From contig NW_024704743.1 in NCBI RefSeq assembly GCF_018977255.1, forward strand, positions 96,846,001 to 96,910,000: a DNA stretch of 64,000 nucleotides. The letters run 5' to 3'. This document shows positions 11,101-22,960 of the stretch, in pieces. Positions within the stretch are counted from its first letter, which is position 1; every line of letters starts with the position of its first letter. The position numbers were made by a program, and so were the translations under genes. This DNA is from Callorhinchus milii. Taxonomy: Eukaryota. The notes under the pieces are model-generated. The model was not told the DNA's origin and ran no database searches. It saw nothing but the letters and a program-made list of their open reading frames with translations.

Positions 11101-14100
11101 GGTGGCAGCAGTTAAAGAAATTTCATTCAATTGTAACTGATATGACATCTCCATCAATAGAAAAATACAATCTCACCTAAAACAAAGGTTCTTTTTAAAA
11201 TCCAGCTGATTTTAAAAGCCAATGTTCCGCTAACCACAAAATATAGCATACAGTCGTAAGACGGTGTTCCCCTCCCACTCCGTTCCCTTCTTAACCCTCT
11301 GTGTGAAATTACTAATCACCCTGTGCTGTCAAGGAGACACTGAGTGGAAACACACAGATAACAGGAAGAAAATCTCCTTAGTAGTTTTACAATCTGGAGC
11401 AACATGGGCAGATCCACAGGAGAGGTTGGCATAGCCGAGGAGGACTGATACTTGTAATTATGACGTTATCTTAATATTTTGATTGCATGTTCTGGTTCAG
11501 GTGAACTTTAAAAGACGCCACTGCACTATTTTCAAACAAACCCTGAGACTTCTCTCAGTATCCTGCTACACAAATCATCAAACTGATGAATACGTCCTTC
11601 ACCTCACTGCAGATTACCTCTTCTGTAGATTCCCCAGACTCTCCGTTAAGATGAAAGGGTTCTTGGTGAGGAAGGCTCCAAACTGATGCTCTTCTACCCC
11701 CAAGTCTTTCAGGAACAGCAGACACTCTTTCACATTTTTATCAAAGTCCAACCGTAGTAACATGTTGGCTACATTTGGTCGCTGCTCCAGCTTAGAAAGA
11801 TCCACACCTGCAGCCCATGATTCAAAGTAAAATGTGACTAGAATTAGCAACAGCTGGTACTGAGCAAACCTCAATCTTAATGTCCATAACTGGCGGCGGC
11901 ACGTTGGTCAGTGAAAAACAAAGTGCTTTACAATACAATACAAAATTATATTTGTATAGCACCTTTCACGTCGGGAAGACGTCCCAAGGCGCTGAACAGT
12001 CTGAGATTTGGACTGGAGCAGGAGGTCGGGATCGGGGACCGTGGAGGACAGGGAGGGTGGCCGAAAAGGAGGGTATTGAGACATGTCTTGAAGGAAGCAA
12101 GGGATGGAGCGAGGCGAAGGGATGGGTGGGGCAGAGGCTGAGGGCCCGGCTGCTGATGGTGGAGCGGGCTGGGCGGGGGCTTCTTGCAGGCCAGAGGCTG
12201 CTGAGTGTATGGAGCGGACAGGTTGATATGGGGTCAGCAGGTTGCAGAGGTAGAGCCTTGAAGGCGAGGATTTTGAAATCAATGCTCTGGGGGATGGAGA
12301 GCCAGTGGAGCTGAGCAAGGGCTGGGGTGATGGGATCACAGAGCTGCAGAGTTCTGGATGAGTTGCAGCTTGAGGAGGGAAGAATTGGGGAGGCCAACAA
12401 GCAGAGAGTTGGCGTAGTCCTGCCTAGATGTGATGAAGGCGTGGATGAGGGCTTCAGCAGCCTGAGGGGTGAGGCAGTGTCGGAGTCGGGTGATGTTGCG
12501 AAGGTGGGGGAAGGCAGAACAGGTCATGGCACAGATGTGGGGTAGAAAGGACAGTTAAGATTCAAACAAGATGCCAAGGTTCCTGACTGGTTCAGTGAGG
12601 TGGAGTGTGAATCCTTGGATGGTGATGCTGTCAGTGCCTGAGGTGTGGAGGTGCTGATGGGATCCAATCAGGAGGGATTCAGTCTTGTTGATGTTCAATT
12701 ATAAAAAGTTAGCTCTCATCCAGGACTCAATGTTAAAACATTAATTGTGACTATAATAGTGATAGATATCTCTGACAGACTGCAACTTGAGGGGAAGAGT
12801 TAACACTGACATTTTGGGCCGAATATCCTTTGCTTACAATACACAATCAGTACACCTTACAGAAATCATGTGAACTGCTTTGGTATGTTAAGACTGTATC
12901 AAACGTAAGGATTATTATTATTAATAATGTTGCATATTGCTTCAGTTCCTTTTTTTTAATAGAAAAACACACGTAATACTTACCTAGCAGTACCAGTTTG
13001 CTTAGAGTGTCAGACTGGTCGACATAATCACGCAGGGTAAAGGAGGCTGGAGGAAGCACTTCCCGTCCTCAATTTGCACGGCCTCTTCGTCCAATATCTC
13101 CTCAAATGGAGATGGTAGTGGAATAACATCTAAATCTAGAATTAAACATCAAGAATGAATTAGCAAAGATCACAATTCAAAGGCAAATACATAGTGGGGG
13201 GAAGAGGGTGCACAGATGTGCAAGAGAACAACTCTCTCTCTCCCACTGCCTCACTATTCTCAATGCTAATCCTTGTATTTGGTGTTACAATGATAATAAA
13301 GTGGAGAAAATGTTGAAATGTCTCAAAGCTTTTCACAGTAATTACTGATACGTACAGTGACTATATTTGTAGGTGATTGCAGCAGCCAATTTACACACAG
13401 CAAATTCTATAAATAGCCAGGAGGTGAAATGACCGATTCAGCTGGTGAATCTTTGGCCAGGACACGACAACAACAACAAAATTACATTTATAGAGCGCCT
13501 TTCACGTCGGGAGGATGTCCCAAAGCACTGAACAGTCAGGTGTCAGGGCCCGAGCATGGGGGGAGGGGTGGTGTAGTGGTGAGGGAAGACAGAGAGGTGG
13601 GAGGGCGACCGAAGGCATGGTCCAAGAGAAGGGTCTTGAGACCGGCCTTGAAGGAGGCGAGGGAGGAAGTGAGGCGAAGGGACCGTGGGATGGAGTTCCA
13701 GAGTGTGGGGGCAGAGAGGCTGAAAGCCCGGCCACTGATGGTAGGGCGGGTCGGGTGGGAGACATGGAGCAGGCCGGAGCCCGCTGAACGGAGGGAGCGG
13801 GCCGGATGGTAGGGAGTCAGCAGGTCAGAGAGGTAGGAGGGGCAAGGCCATGGATGGCCTTAAAGGTGAGAACGAGGATCTTGAACTCGATCCTCTGAGG
13901 GATGGAGAGCCAGTGGAGTCGGGCGAGGGTGAGAGTGATGGGGTCACGGAGCCTGGTGCTTGAGAGTACACGAGCTGCAGAGTTTTGGATAATCTGCAGC
14001 TTGTGAAGGGAAGAGTTGGGAAGGCCGATGAGGAGGGAGTTCCCATAATCGAGCCTTGATGTGACGAATGCGTGGGTGAGGGTTTCGACAGCCTGAGGGG

Positions 14101-17100
14101 TGAGGCAGTGGTGGGGTTTGGCAATGTTGCGGAGGTGGTGGTGGTCGGCAGTGCCGGTCATGGCGCAGATGTGGGGGAGAAAGGACAGTTCAGGGTCAAA
14201 CAAGATACCCAAGTTCCTGACTGGCTTAGTGAGGTTGAATGTGCAGCAGTGGAGGCTGATGCTGCCAGTGCCTGAGGTGCGGAGGCGCTGGCGAGAGCCA
14301 ATCAGGCAGGCCTCGGTCTTGCTGATGTTGAGTTGGAGAAAGTTGGCCCTGGTCCAGGACTTGATGCCGGACAGGCAGTCGGTCAGGATACCAGTAGTTT
14401 TGATAAGGTCCAGCCAGATGTGGCGGTGGACCATTAGGCTGGACCGACACTGGGAAAAGCTTCCTGAAGCTGCTGACTTCCTGAAGCCAGCAACAACAGC
14501 AACTTGCGTTTATTTAGCACCCTTCACCTTGGAGATCTTAACAGTGGTGGAGCTTGACACCAAGCCACGGAGAGAGTGAGGGTGACCATAAGCACGGTTG
14601 AATAGGAAGGACTTCAGGGGTTATCCAAAAACAGTACATAACATATAGGAGCAGGAGTAGGCCATTCGGCCCTTCGAGCCTGTCCCGCCATTCAATCATG
14701 GCTGATCTTCTAATCTAACTCCAGCTAATAACCTAACCCTGCCTTATCCCCATATCCCTTAATCCCTTTTGCAATAAGAAATCTATCTATCTCAGTCTTG
14801 AATATGTTCAAGGACTGAGTGTCAACAGCCCTTTGGGGTCGTGAGTTCCATACATTCACCACTCTTTGAGTGAAGAAGTTCTTCCTCAACTCAATGCGAA
14901 AGGGCTGGCCTCTGATTTTAAGGTTGTGACCCCTGGTTTTAGTTTCTCCAACCAGGGGAAACAATCTCCCACTATCTACTCTATCATGCCCTTTGATGAT
15001 CTTATAGGTTTCTATAAGATCCCCTCTAATTCTTCTATATTCCAGAGAATATAGGCCCAAATTGATCAGCCTATCCTCGTAACTCAACCCCTTCATCCCT
15101 GGTACTAACCTAGTAAATCTATGCTGCACCCCCTCCAAGGCAAGTACGTCCTTCCTTAAATGAGGAGACCAAAACTGGACGCAGTATTCCAGGTGTGGTC
15201 TCACCAGGGCCCTATACAGTTGCAGCAAGACTTCCCTACTCTTATACTCTAATCCTTTCATAATGAACGCTAACATACCGTTCACCTTCCTAATTGCTGC
15301 TGCACCTGCAGACTAACTTTCTGTGATTGGTGTACAAGGACACCCAAGTCCCTCTGGACGCTAACACATTCCAATCTCTCCCCTTCTAAAAAATAACCCG
15401 CACTACTGTTTTTGCTCCCTAGGTGGATGACTTTGCACTTCCCTACATTATACTTCATCTGCCACCTACCTGCCCGATCACCTAACCTATCTATGTCTCG
15501 CTGCATTTTTTTAATGTCGTCCTCTGTGTTGACACTTCCTCCTAGTTTTGTGTCATCTGGGAATTTAGATTTATTAACTTCGATGTCCTCATCCGGACCA
15601 GGGGATTTGTCACTTTGTAGTGCTAACAGTTTCCCGAGCACCAATTCTCTACTAATGAAAATTTCCCTAAGTTGCTCCCTGTCCTTATCCCCTTGGTGCA
15701 TCTCTATTGTTGACAGACTTGTTGTGTCTTCTAGGGTGAAGACAGATGCAAAGTACCCATTTAGGGACTCTGCCATGTCCTTGTCCCCCATTACAACTTC
15801 TCCCGTCTCTGACTGAAGTGGACCTACATTTACCCTCACTAGCCTATTCCTCTTAATCTATTTGTAAAAACTTTTAAAATCAGACTTAATGTTCCTAGCT
15901 AGCTTACCCTCATACTCCTTTTTCTCGCTCTTAATGAGTTTTTTTAGTTTTATTTTGCTGGTTTCTAAAAGTCTCCCAATCTTCAGATTTGCCGCTTTTC
16001 TTGGCAGTTTTATAAGCCTTTTGTTTTAATTTGATGCTTTTCCTAACTGCTCTAGTTAGCCACGGATGAATTGCTTTCCCTGTGGTACTCTTATTCCGCA
16101 AGGGAATATGCGACCGCTGAGAATTTTGCACTACATTCTTAAATATTTGCCACTGTTGGTCTACATTTTTACCTCTTAATCTTATTCTCCAGTCTATTTT
16201 ACCTAAATCTTTCCTCATACCTACAAAATTAGCCCTATTTAAATTCAGAATACTTGCCTTGGATTTAACTATATCCCTCTCTAACTTAATGCAGAATTCA
16301 ATCATATTGTGATCACTCTGCCCCAGAGGATTCTTAATACCTACACTGCCAACTAGGCCTGTTTCGTTACACAAAACAAGGTCTAGGGTGGCCTGTCCCC
16401 TAGTTGCTTCCTCGGCATGCTGCTCTAGAAAGTTATCTCTCATACACTCAATGAATTCTTCTGATCTACTTTTGCCGATTTGGTTTTCCCAATCTATGTG
16501 GAGATTGAAATCACCCACTATTATTGCTTTACCTTTCCTACATGCTCCACTGATTTCGATTGATAACCTGTGCTATATTGTGATCGCTGTTTGGGGGTCT
16601 ATAAACCACTCCCATTAATATTTTCTGCCCTTTATTATTTTTTATTTCCATCCATATTGTCTCAACCTCCTGGTCATCGGATTTCAGATCCTTCCTCTCC
16701 ACTGCTTTTATTTCATCCCTAATTAACAGGGCTACCCCCCACCTCTTTTCCCACAGTGCCTATCTTTCCTGTAAACTGAGAACCCTGGAATATTTAACTC
16801 CCACCCTAGATCTCCTTGTAACCATGTTTCAGTGATAGCTACTATACCCATACATGGTCCTTTGCAGTTTTCAACTGCTAGTTGGAGGAATTGTGGCTTT
16901 ACTCCAAATATTTCATTCAGCAAAAAGTCTCAATTCTGCTACACTCAACTACACTCCATGTGTCAAAAATAAGAGAGAGGCTTAAAGGCCTTAGAGGGTA
17001 AGCACCAATGATTCAGAGGCAAAAGAGGCCATCCACAAGTGGAACAATAGCTAGTAGATTAAAACATAACACAGACCACACATTTATATAACACTACGTT

Positions 17101-19763
17101 TATATAAAATTGTACATTTAGTATCGTCTACATTTAGAATATAACACCTCATTTATATATAATTGTGATCCAATTGTACAATTCTAGCACACTAATCAAT
17201 CCCCAGTCACTCCCAATGTGTACAATTCCCAATCAAAGCCCAACATGTACTTCCAGTTACATAGAATTACATAAAACTAATTACATTGTTAAAGCACACA
17301 AACAGGTCTCCAAGACCAACTTGTTCAGTGTGTATACTCTACGTGGGTCTCCCCTAGCCCCTCCCAATCCTTTTTTCTTTTCTCCGCATGTATCCATATT
17401 TACGGCTCTAAACAGTCAATCCACCTGCCCAGTTGTTTACCTAAAGACAGTATCATTTTTAACCATTTAATTACCTTTGCACAAACGTTATTATGTATCG
17501 TTTGTGGTGTAAACCCACAAAATAATGTCACTTACACTATACAACAACAACTTGCATTTATATAGCGCCCTCCACGCAGGGTGGTATCCCACAGCACTTA
17601 ACAATGGCAGAGCCCGATGCCGAGCCAGGGGGAGGGGGAAGGTGACCATAGACACGGTCGAAGAGGAAGGTCTTCAGGCCAACCTGAAAATGGGGAAAGA
17701 GAGGAGGGGGCAAGGCGAAGGGATTGAGGAAGGGAGTTTCATAGCTTCGGGGCGTATTGGCTGAAGGCATGGCTGCCGATGGTGGAGCGGAGGATTCGAG
17801 GGACAAGGAGAAGGCTGGTGCCAGTAGAGCGGAGACATCAGGTAGTTCTGTGAGAAAAGAGGAGGTTGGAGAGATAGGGGGGTGCCAAGACATACATGTG
17901 AAGCGTTTTGAGATGTCTCGACATAATACCTCCGTCTGTCTCCTCGTCCTCCTGGATCTCTCAGTTGACCACGCCATCCTCCTCCACCGCCTCTCCTCCC
18001 TCATCCACCTTAGTGGGATCGCACTCGCATGGGTCGAGTCCTACTTAACCAACTGCCTCCATTTCATCTCGGCAAATGGTTTCTCCTCCCACCCCCACCC
18101 GGTCACCTGCGGAGTATCCCAGGGCTCCATCCTCGGCCTCTTCTTTTCCTTATCTATATGCTCCCTCTGGGTGAAGTCATCCGCAGACACGGGGTAAACT
18201 TCCACATGTATGAGCATGACACACAAATCTTTGCCTCCTCCAGTACCAACTCCAGGTCCACCAATGTTCTATCAGCTTGTCTGGCAGACATCAGGCCTGG
18301 ATGAGTATGGACAAAACGGAAGCCATACTCCTTGGTTCCCATCAACATCTTCACTCCTGCGGATCTGAACTCCTCAACCTCCCTGGGCTCTCCCTCAGTC
18401 TCACCGAACCAGTGCGCAATCTAGGCGTTCGATTCGACCTCCAGCTGTCCTTCCTCCTCCACATCCGGCCCCTGACCAGGACTGCCTTCTTCCACCTCTG
18501 CCACATTGCCCACCTCTGACCGTACCTTACCCCAAATGCAGGCGAAACCCTTGTGCATGCGTTTGTCACCTTCCGTCTGGATTACTCCAACACACTTCTC
18601 GGCGTTCTCACCAGTTCCACCATTCACAAGATCCAGCTCATTCAGAACTCTGCTGCCCACATACTGACCCGGACCAAACTCTGTACCCACATCTCACCAG
18701 TTCTGGCCAAGCTCCACTGGCTCCCCATCACCGAACAGATCGACTTCAAGCTTCTCACACTCATGTTCAAATCCTTTCACTTTCTGCCACCTCCCTACCT
18801 CTCCGACCTCCTCACTCCCCAGTCCACCACCCAGCACCACCACTCTACTGGCACCGGCCTCCTGCTCGTCCCTTGCACCCTCCGCCCCAGCATTGGAGGT
18901 GTGGTTTCAGCTACTACGAAACTCTGGAACACTCCCTCAATCCCTCCGCCTTGCCCCGTCTCTCCTCTTTTTCAAGTTCCCCCTGAAAACCTTCCTCTTC
19001 AACTATGTTTACAGCCACCTCCGCCCCAGGCTCGGAGTCAGGCTCCGACACTGTTAAGCACTCAGAAACGTTACCCTGCGTGGAGGATGCTATATAAGTG
19101 TAAGTTGTTCTTGTTCAGGCATTGTATCAAATGCAAGGATTATTATTATTCTTTAAACTACACTGCTCAAAATTATTTAAATAGTTTGGAAAACAAGGAT
19201 TAGAAACTTTACCTGCGGTTTTCAGCAATTTTGATCGAAGCACAACATAGTATTTCTATGCAAGCTATTTACATGGTTCTTTTAAAAAGTTATAATTTAA
19301 CTACAACCAGATTCTAGCATCACAGGACTCCAAAGTTAATATTCATTAAAAGCAATTGAAATTGGGGGTACTTCTTGCCAGTTATGATAATATATGTATT
19401 ATATATAAAAGAGATTCAATCTTTTAGTTCCTTACCTGTAAAAAATGTCTCTTTGGCTGGGCTGGATGCCACTGCTTTCTCACGGCCACAGTTTGCATTT
19501 AGTAAAAGGCTGGTTTCTCTAACTCCGAGGCCACCTTTCTGTGGTGCAGGGTCTGCCCCTGAGGAACAAGATCTTTGATTTTTCAGTCCACAGAGGCTTT
19601 GATGTGCCAGGGATGTAACACGTGCACTAGACCAAGATAAAAGTCTACAAGTTGCTGCAGATACCGGTACTGTCACTTGGCTTTTATAGTTTGAGATTAA
19701 AACTAAACCAGTGATTCTTGATAATGACCATCGGTGGCAAATCCGGTGACAAAATGTGGCCAT
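7940..19763 (-). CDS. MTERF3: Mitochondrial transcription termination factor 3 (about 415 aa if the 1-nt gap in exon 3 is repaired); join(19436-19763,12984-13135,11618-11807,10195-10342,9123-9194,8706-8867,7940-8134)
   Basis: Motifs [88 protein letters not shown] introns; Arg/Ser-rich presequence-like N-terminus; synteny with UQCRB and PTDSS1. Apparent frameshift near 13062. Confidence 0.93.
8706..8867 (-). CDS. MTERF3: MTERF3 exon 7
   Basis: 162 nt; [24 protein letters not shown]...FDYLHN...KFPQ. Confidence 0.95.
9123..9194 (-). CDS. MTERF3: MTERF3 exon 6
   Basis: 72 nt; [24 protein letters not shown]. Confidence 0.95.
9803..10060 (-). mobile_element. Deu-domain SINE fragment
   Basis: Reverse complement of ggaggtgcc...gagatgttaaacc...gcctgttcagatgga core plus SINE tail. 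Confidence 0.7.
10195..10342 (-). CDS. MTERF3: MTERF3 exon 5
   Basis: 148 nt; [36 protein letters not shown]... Confidence 0.95.
10555..11075 (+). mobile_element. Diverged L2 3' fragment
   Basis: Similarity to the other L2 copies; FKVHLKT remnant and L2 tail. Confidence 0.75.
11618..11807 (-). CDS. MTERF3: MTERF3 exon 4
   Basis: 190 nt; [21 protein letters not shown]...LQKR; AG/GT bounded. Confidence 0.95.
11930..12735 (-). mobile_element. L2 3' fragment
   Basis: [28 protein letters not shown] remnants; tail. Confidence 0.88.
12984..13135 (-). CDS. MTERF3: MTERF3 exon 3 (152 nt, one base short of in-frame)
   Basis: [24 protein letters not shown] / [27 protein letters not shown] lie in two different frames. 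Confidence 0.85.
13466..14445 (-). mobile_element. L2 3' fragment inserted into a SINE
   Basis: ORF 13817-14434 ([30 protein letters not shown]); GACAC on both sides (13461-13465, 14446-14450). Confidence 0.9.
14636..16850 (-). mobile_element. CR1-clade LINE, ORF2 remnant (endonuclease plus C-terminal RT region), frameshifted and internally deleted
   Basis: [23 protein letters not shown] (APE); [44 protein letters not shown]1 3' UTR. Confidence 0.95.
17541..17890 (-). mobile_element. L2 3'-end fragment, second subfamily
   Basis: Tail acaacaacttgcatttatatagcgccctccacgcagg shared with 19050-19115, 20640-20705 and 54710-54840. Confidence 0.8.
17925..19115 (+). mobile_element. L2 RT-to-3'-end fragment, frameshifted
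   Basis: [45 protein letters not shown] remnants. Confidence 0.92.
19436..19763 (-). CDS. MTERF3: MTERF3 first coding exon (exon 2; acceptor at 19786)
   Basis: [12 protein letters not shown]...; donor CAG|GTAAGG, phase 1. Confidence 0.8.
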
Positions 19764-20149
19764 TTTTATTCAATTTAAGTCAGATCCTGTAACAAGCAAA
19801 GTATGAATATTATTATAAAGGAACTAAGGAAACATTAGTAAGTATTAAAGGATGTAGCTCTTTTAACTGCTGATGGTTGCATGCCACTGTTGCCTGAAAT
19901 AGCTCAGTTTGGAATGTCTCAAAACATGAGGCCTTTGAATGCTGAGGGATCTCGAGTGTCAGCCCACCTTTGCCTCCTTCAAAGTCCACCTGAAGACCTT
20001 CCCCTTTGACCTCACCTCCAGTTATATCCCCCCCAACCTCACCCCAGCCCCCCCGGATTAATCATCAGCTCAGTTGCAAGACTGTCCAACACCTTGGGAT
20101 GTCCTCCCAATGTGAAAGGAGCTATATAAATGCATTTTTTGTTGTTGTT

Positions 20150-20830
20150 GTCAGCCTGGCTCGGTTGGTAGCTCTCAACATAGTCAGAAGGTTGTGGATT
20201 TGAGTCCCAGTTCAGCATTTTAGATTCATGGTCTAGGCTGATTCTCTACTGTAATTTGGGGGAGAGTTCAATGGCAGAGATGTTGTCCTTTGCATGAGAT
20301 GTTTAACTGAGGTACTGTCAGTTCAGATGGATGTAAAATATACCATGGCACTATCCAAAAAGAATTTCTCCCCGTGTCCTGGCTAATAACATTGGTCATT
20401 CACTTCATAGCTGTGGAGTGGCTATGAGTGAGGGATCAAAGCTGTGGAGGGAGTGGAGGGTGCTGCTCCACCATTGGAGGTCATGCTTTCAGCCACTCCG
20501 CCCCCAAACTGTGGAACACTCTCCCTCAATCCCTCCGCCTTGCCCCCTCTCTCCCCTTTGTCAAGTCTCTCCTGAAGACCTTCCTTTTCGACCGTGCTTA
20601 CGGTCACCTCCCCAACCCCCAGCTCGGAGTCAGGCTCCGCCACTGTTAAGCGCTCTGAGACGCCACCCTCCGTTGAGGACGCTATATAAGTGCAAGTTGC
20701 TGTTGTAGTTACAGTATCTGTGGACATTGCTGTGCATTGCTGCCAAGTTCGCCTACACATGGTCTTTACTGTGAAACATTTTCGAGACGTTTCAAGGACT
20801 TGATAAGGTGCTATGCCAATTGTTAGGATT
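20150..20830 (+). mobile_element. Deu-domain SINE interrupted by an L2 3' fragment (about 20465-20705)
   Basis: SINE head and Deu core at 20150-20410; SINE tail resumes at about 20712. Confidence 0.75.
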
Positions 20831-21493
20831 ATCTCAGATAGGGTACTAGAAAATGAAATTTATGAAATATTTTTGTTTCCTATCTGTCCTTTATCATTTG
20901 GAGCAATACAACCAAGAGATAGAAGTATGCGTCATGATTCACAAGATAATCCAAGGAGTAAGTTCCCAATGGATTTATAATCACTGAAGGAGAATTCCTT
21001 GTTAAAAGATATTTGCAGAAACCGACTTCCAAAGTAAGGCTGTATTTCAGAATTTGCCAAATTCTGGAAGCTCTGAAAAGCTACTTTAACAAGAGTAAAT
21101 CTAAACCCAGGTGGACTTTCTATCCCACAATGTTTATTAGTAGCTCAGTATTGGGGCAAATACAAGTAGTATTTTTTCTTACAATTACAGGATAAAAGTA
21201 GTTATAGTATAACGTTTATTTTTAAACACAATATTCTCAGACAAGGAGATTATTGTTTCTTATAATGCTAATCAGTTGGGTAAGGTTGAAGGTTGAAGGA
21301 TATTTCCTCAACTTTCTTATAAAACCATAGAAATTTACAGCACAGGAAGACCATTTGGCCCACAGCTCTTTGAAAAAACAATCATTCCCATTTACCTACC
21401 CACGTTTTTCCCCTTACTCTACAAATTATTCCTTTTTAAGATATCCATCTAGTTCCCTCTTAAAAGTTAATAAGGATTCTGCATTAATAATAA

Positions 21494-21730
21494 ATAATAA
21501 TTCTTGCATTTGATAAGCGCCTGATCATGTCTTCTAGACGTCTCAAAGCATTTCACAAAATATACTGTAAAGCGAATTGACTGTATATTTTGTAGGTGAA
21601 ACGCAATGTAATTGGCTGCTGCGTTTCGCCCACAAAATATACCGTCAATTCACTTCAGTGTATTCTGTGAAGCACTTTGAGAATCTCGAAGACATGATAA
21701 GGTGCTATATCAAATCAATGCTTATTATTA
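21494..21730. repeat. Two SINE tail halves in inverted orientation
   Basis: 21494-21605 is the approximate reverse complement of 21620-21730. Confidence 0.85.
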
Positions 21731-22080
21731 CCAACAACTAACAAACTTGAGCCCAGTGAGCTAACTCCTGGTAGAGCGAGCCCCGTTACAGCGACTGCAC
21801 CCCGGCTGCTTCTGAGGCTGCGCATTTCCAGAGCTTCTGTTGCACCTTTAGGCGTAAAAGAAAACGAGCAAGAAGAAGCACAACAATGTGCATTTATATA
21901 TGCCCCACACGTGGGACAGTGTCTTGGAGTGCTTATAGATTGGTTTGATGAAGAAAGCCCTTTGGACCATTTGATCTCATCTTCCAGTAATAGCCACTCT
22001 ATCGTCTTCCCATCACAGCATTAGGTTTGTTAGCCTGTGGTATCTCATCTACCTTCACTTCAACCTTTGAAATTACATGG

Positions 22081-22410
22081 AATAATAATCCCTGAATTTG
22101 ATATAGCACATTATCATGTTGTCAGGACATCTCAATGCACTTTGCATGATATACTGTCAGATGAACAAAGCAAGACTGCCAGTTTGTGCACAACATTATC
22201 CCACAAACAGTGAGAGATCAATTTTATTTGGGGGATTGTTGGCCAGGAAACCAGGAGAAACACCCTTCTCTTTTCAAACAGTGCCACGGGATCTTTACCA
22301 TCCGCCTGAACAGGCAGAGAGGACTTTGGTTTAAAGTCTGATCCAAAGGATGGCACCTCCAACGATGCAACACCCCCACCCAGCAATGCATTGGCGTGTT
22401 ATCTTACGAC
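22081..22410 (-). mobile_element. Deu-domain SINE
   Basis: ggccaggaaaccaggagaaa...gtgccacgggatcttt...ggcacctcc core. Confidence 0.8.
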
Positions 22411-22697
22411 TACGCCTCCAACAACTTGCATTTATACGGCGCCCTCCACGCTTGATGGCTATGCATCGGGCTGGAACCCCCAACCTTCCGACTCCGAGAC
22501 GAGAGTGCTCCCGCCAACTGAGGCAGGCCGACACGCGCGGTGGGCCATTCTGTGAAGTCTACTTCAAAACCTTTGGCGATATTTTTTTTGAAATAGGAAA
22601 AAAAATGGAATCTCAGCTACCCGGCCACTGTCCTGCAAACACATAAGGCTTATTTTTTTTTAAAAAAGAAAGTTGCATTGGCAGTTATGGTCTTCTC

Positions 22698-22736
22698 TGT
22701 ATGTATGTATGTATGTATGTGTGTGTGTGTGTGTAT
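22698..22736. repeat. (TATG)n(TG)n microsatellite
   Basis: Direct reading. Confidence 0.9.
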
Positions 22737-22960
22737 GAAACAAACAAATAAATAAAAATAATATAAAGCCTTCAGCATTTTTATGGGGTGGTGTGTGTGT
22801 GGGGGGGGATAGCTTTGAACTCGCAACTGTGCGAGAGAGTTAGTGAGAGAGCTAAGACCTTCTTAGGCTGCTCTGCTCTGCTCAGTCTGCACTGGGCTCC
22901 TCGTGTGTGGGTGTGTGTGTGTGGAGGGGGAGGGGGGGAGCAGCGAGGCGCCGGCCCGGC

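Noticed and set aside
16855..16980. Possible extra MTERF3 exon next to the CR1
   Set aside because: No convincing acceptor/donor pair with an open frame; exons 2 and 3 already join in phase at the expected protein length
7940..19763. MTERF3 as a pseudogene
   Set aside because: One lesion only, in a short homopolymer; all other exons, splice sites and the promoter look intact
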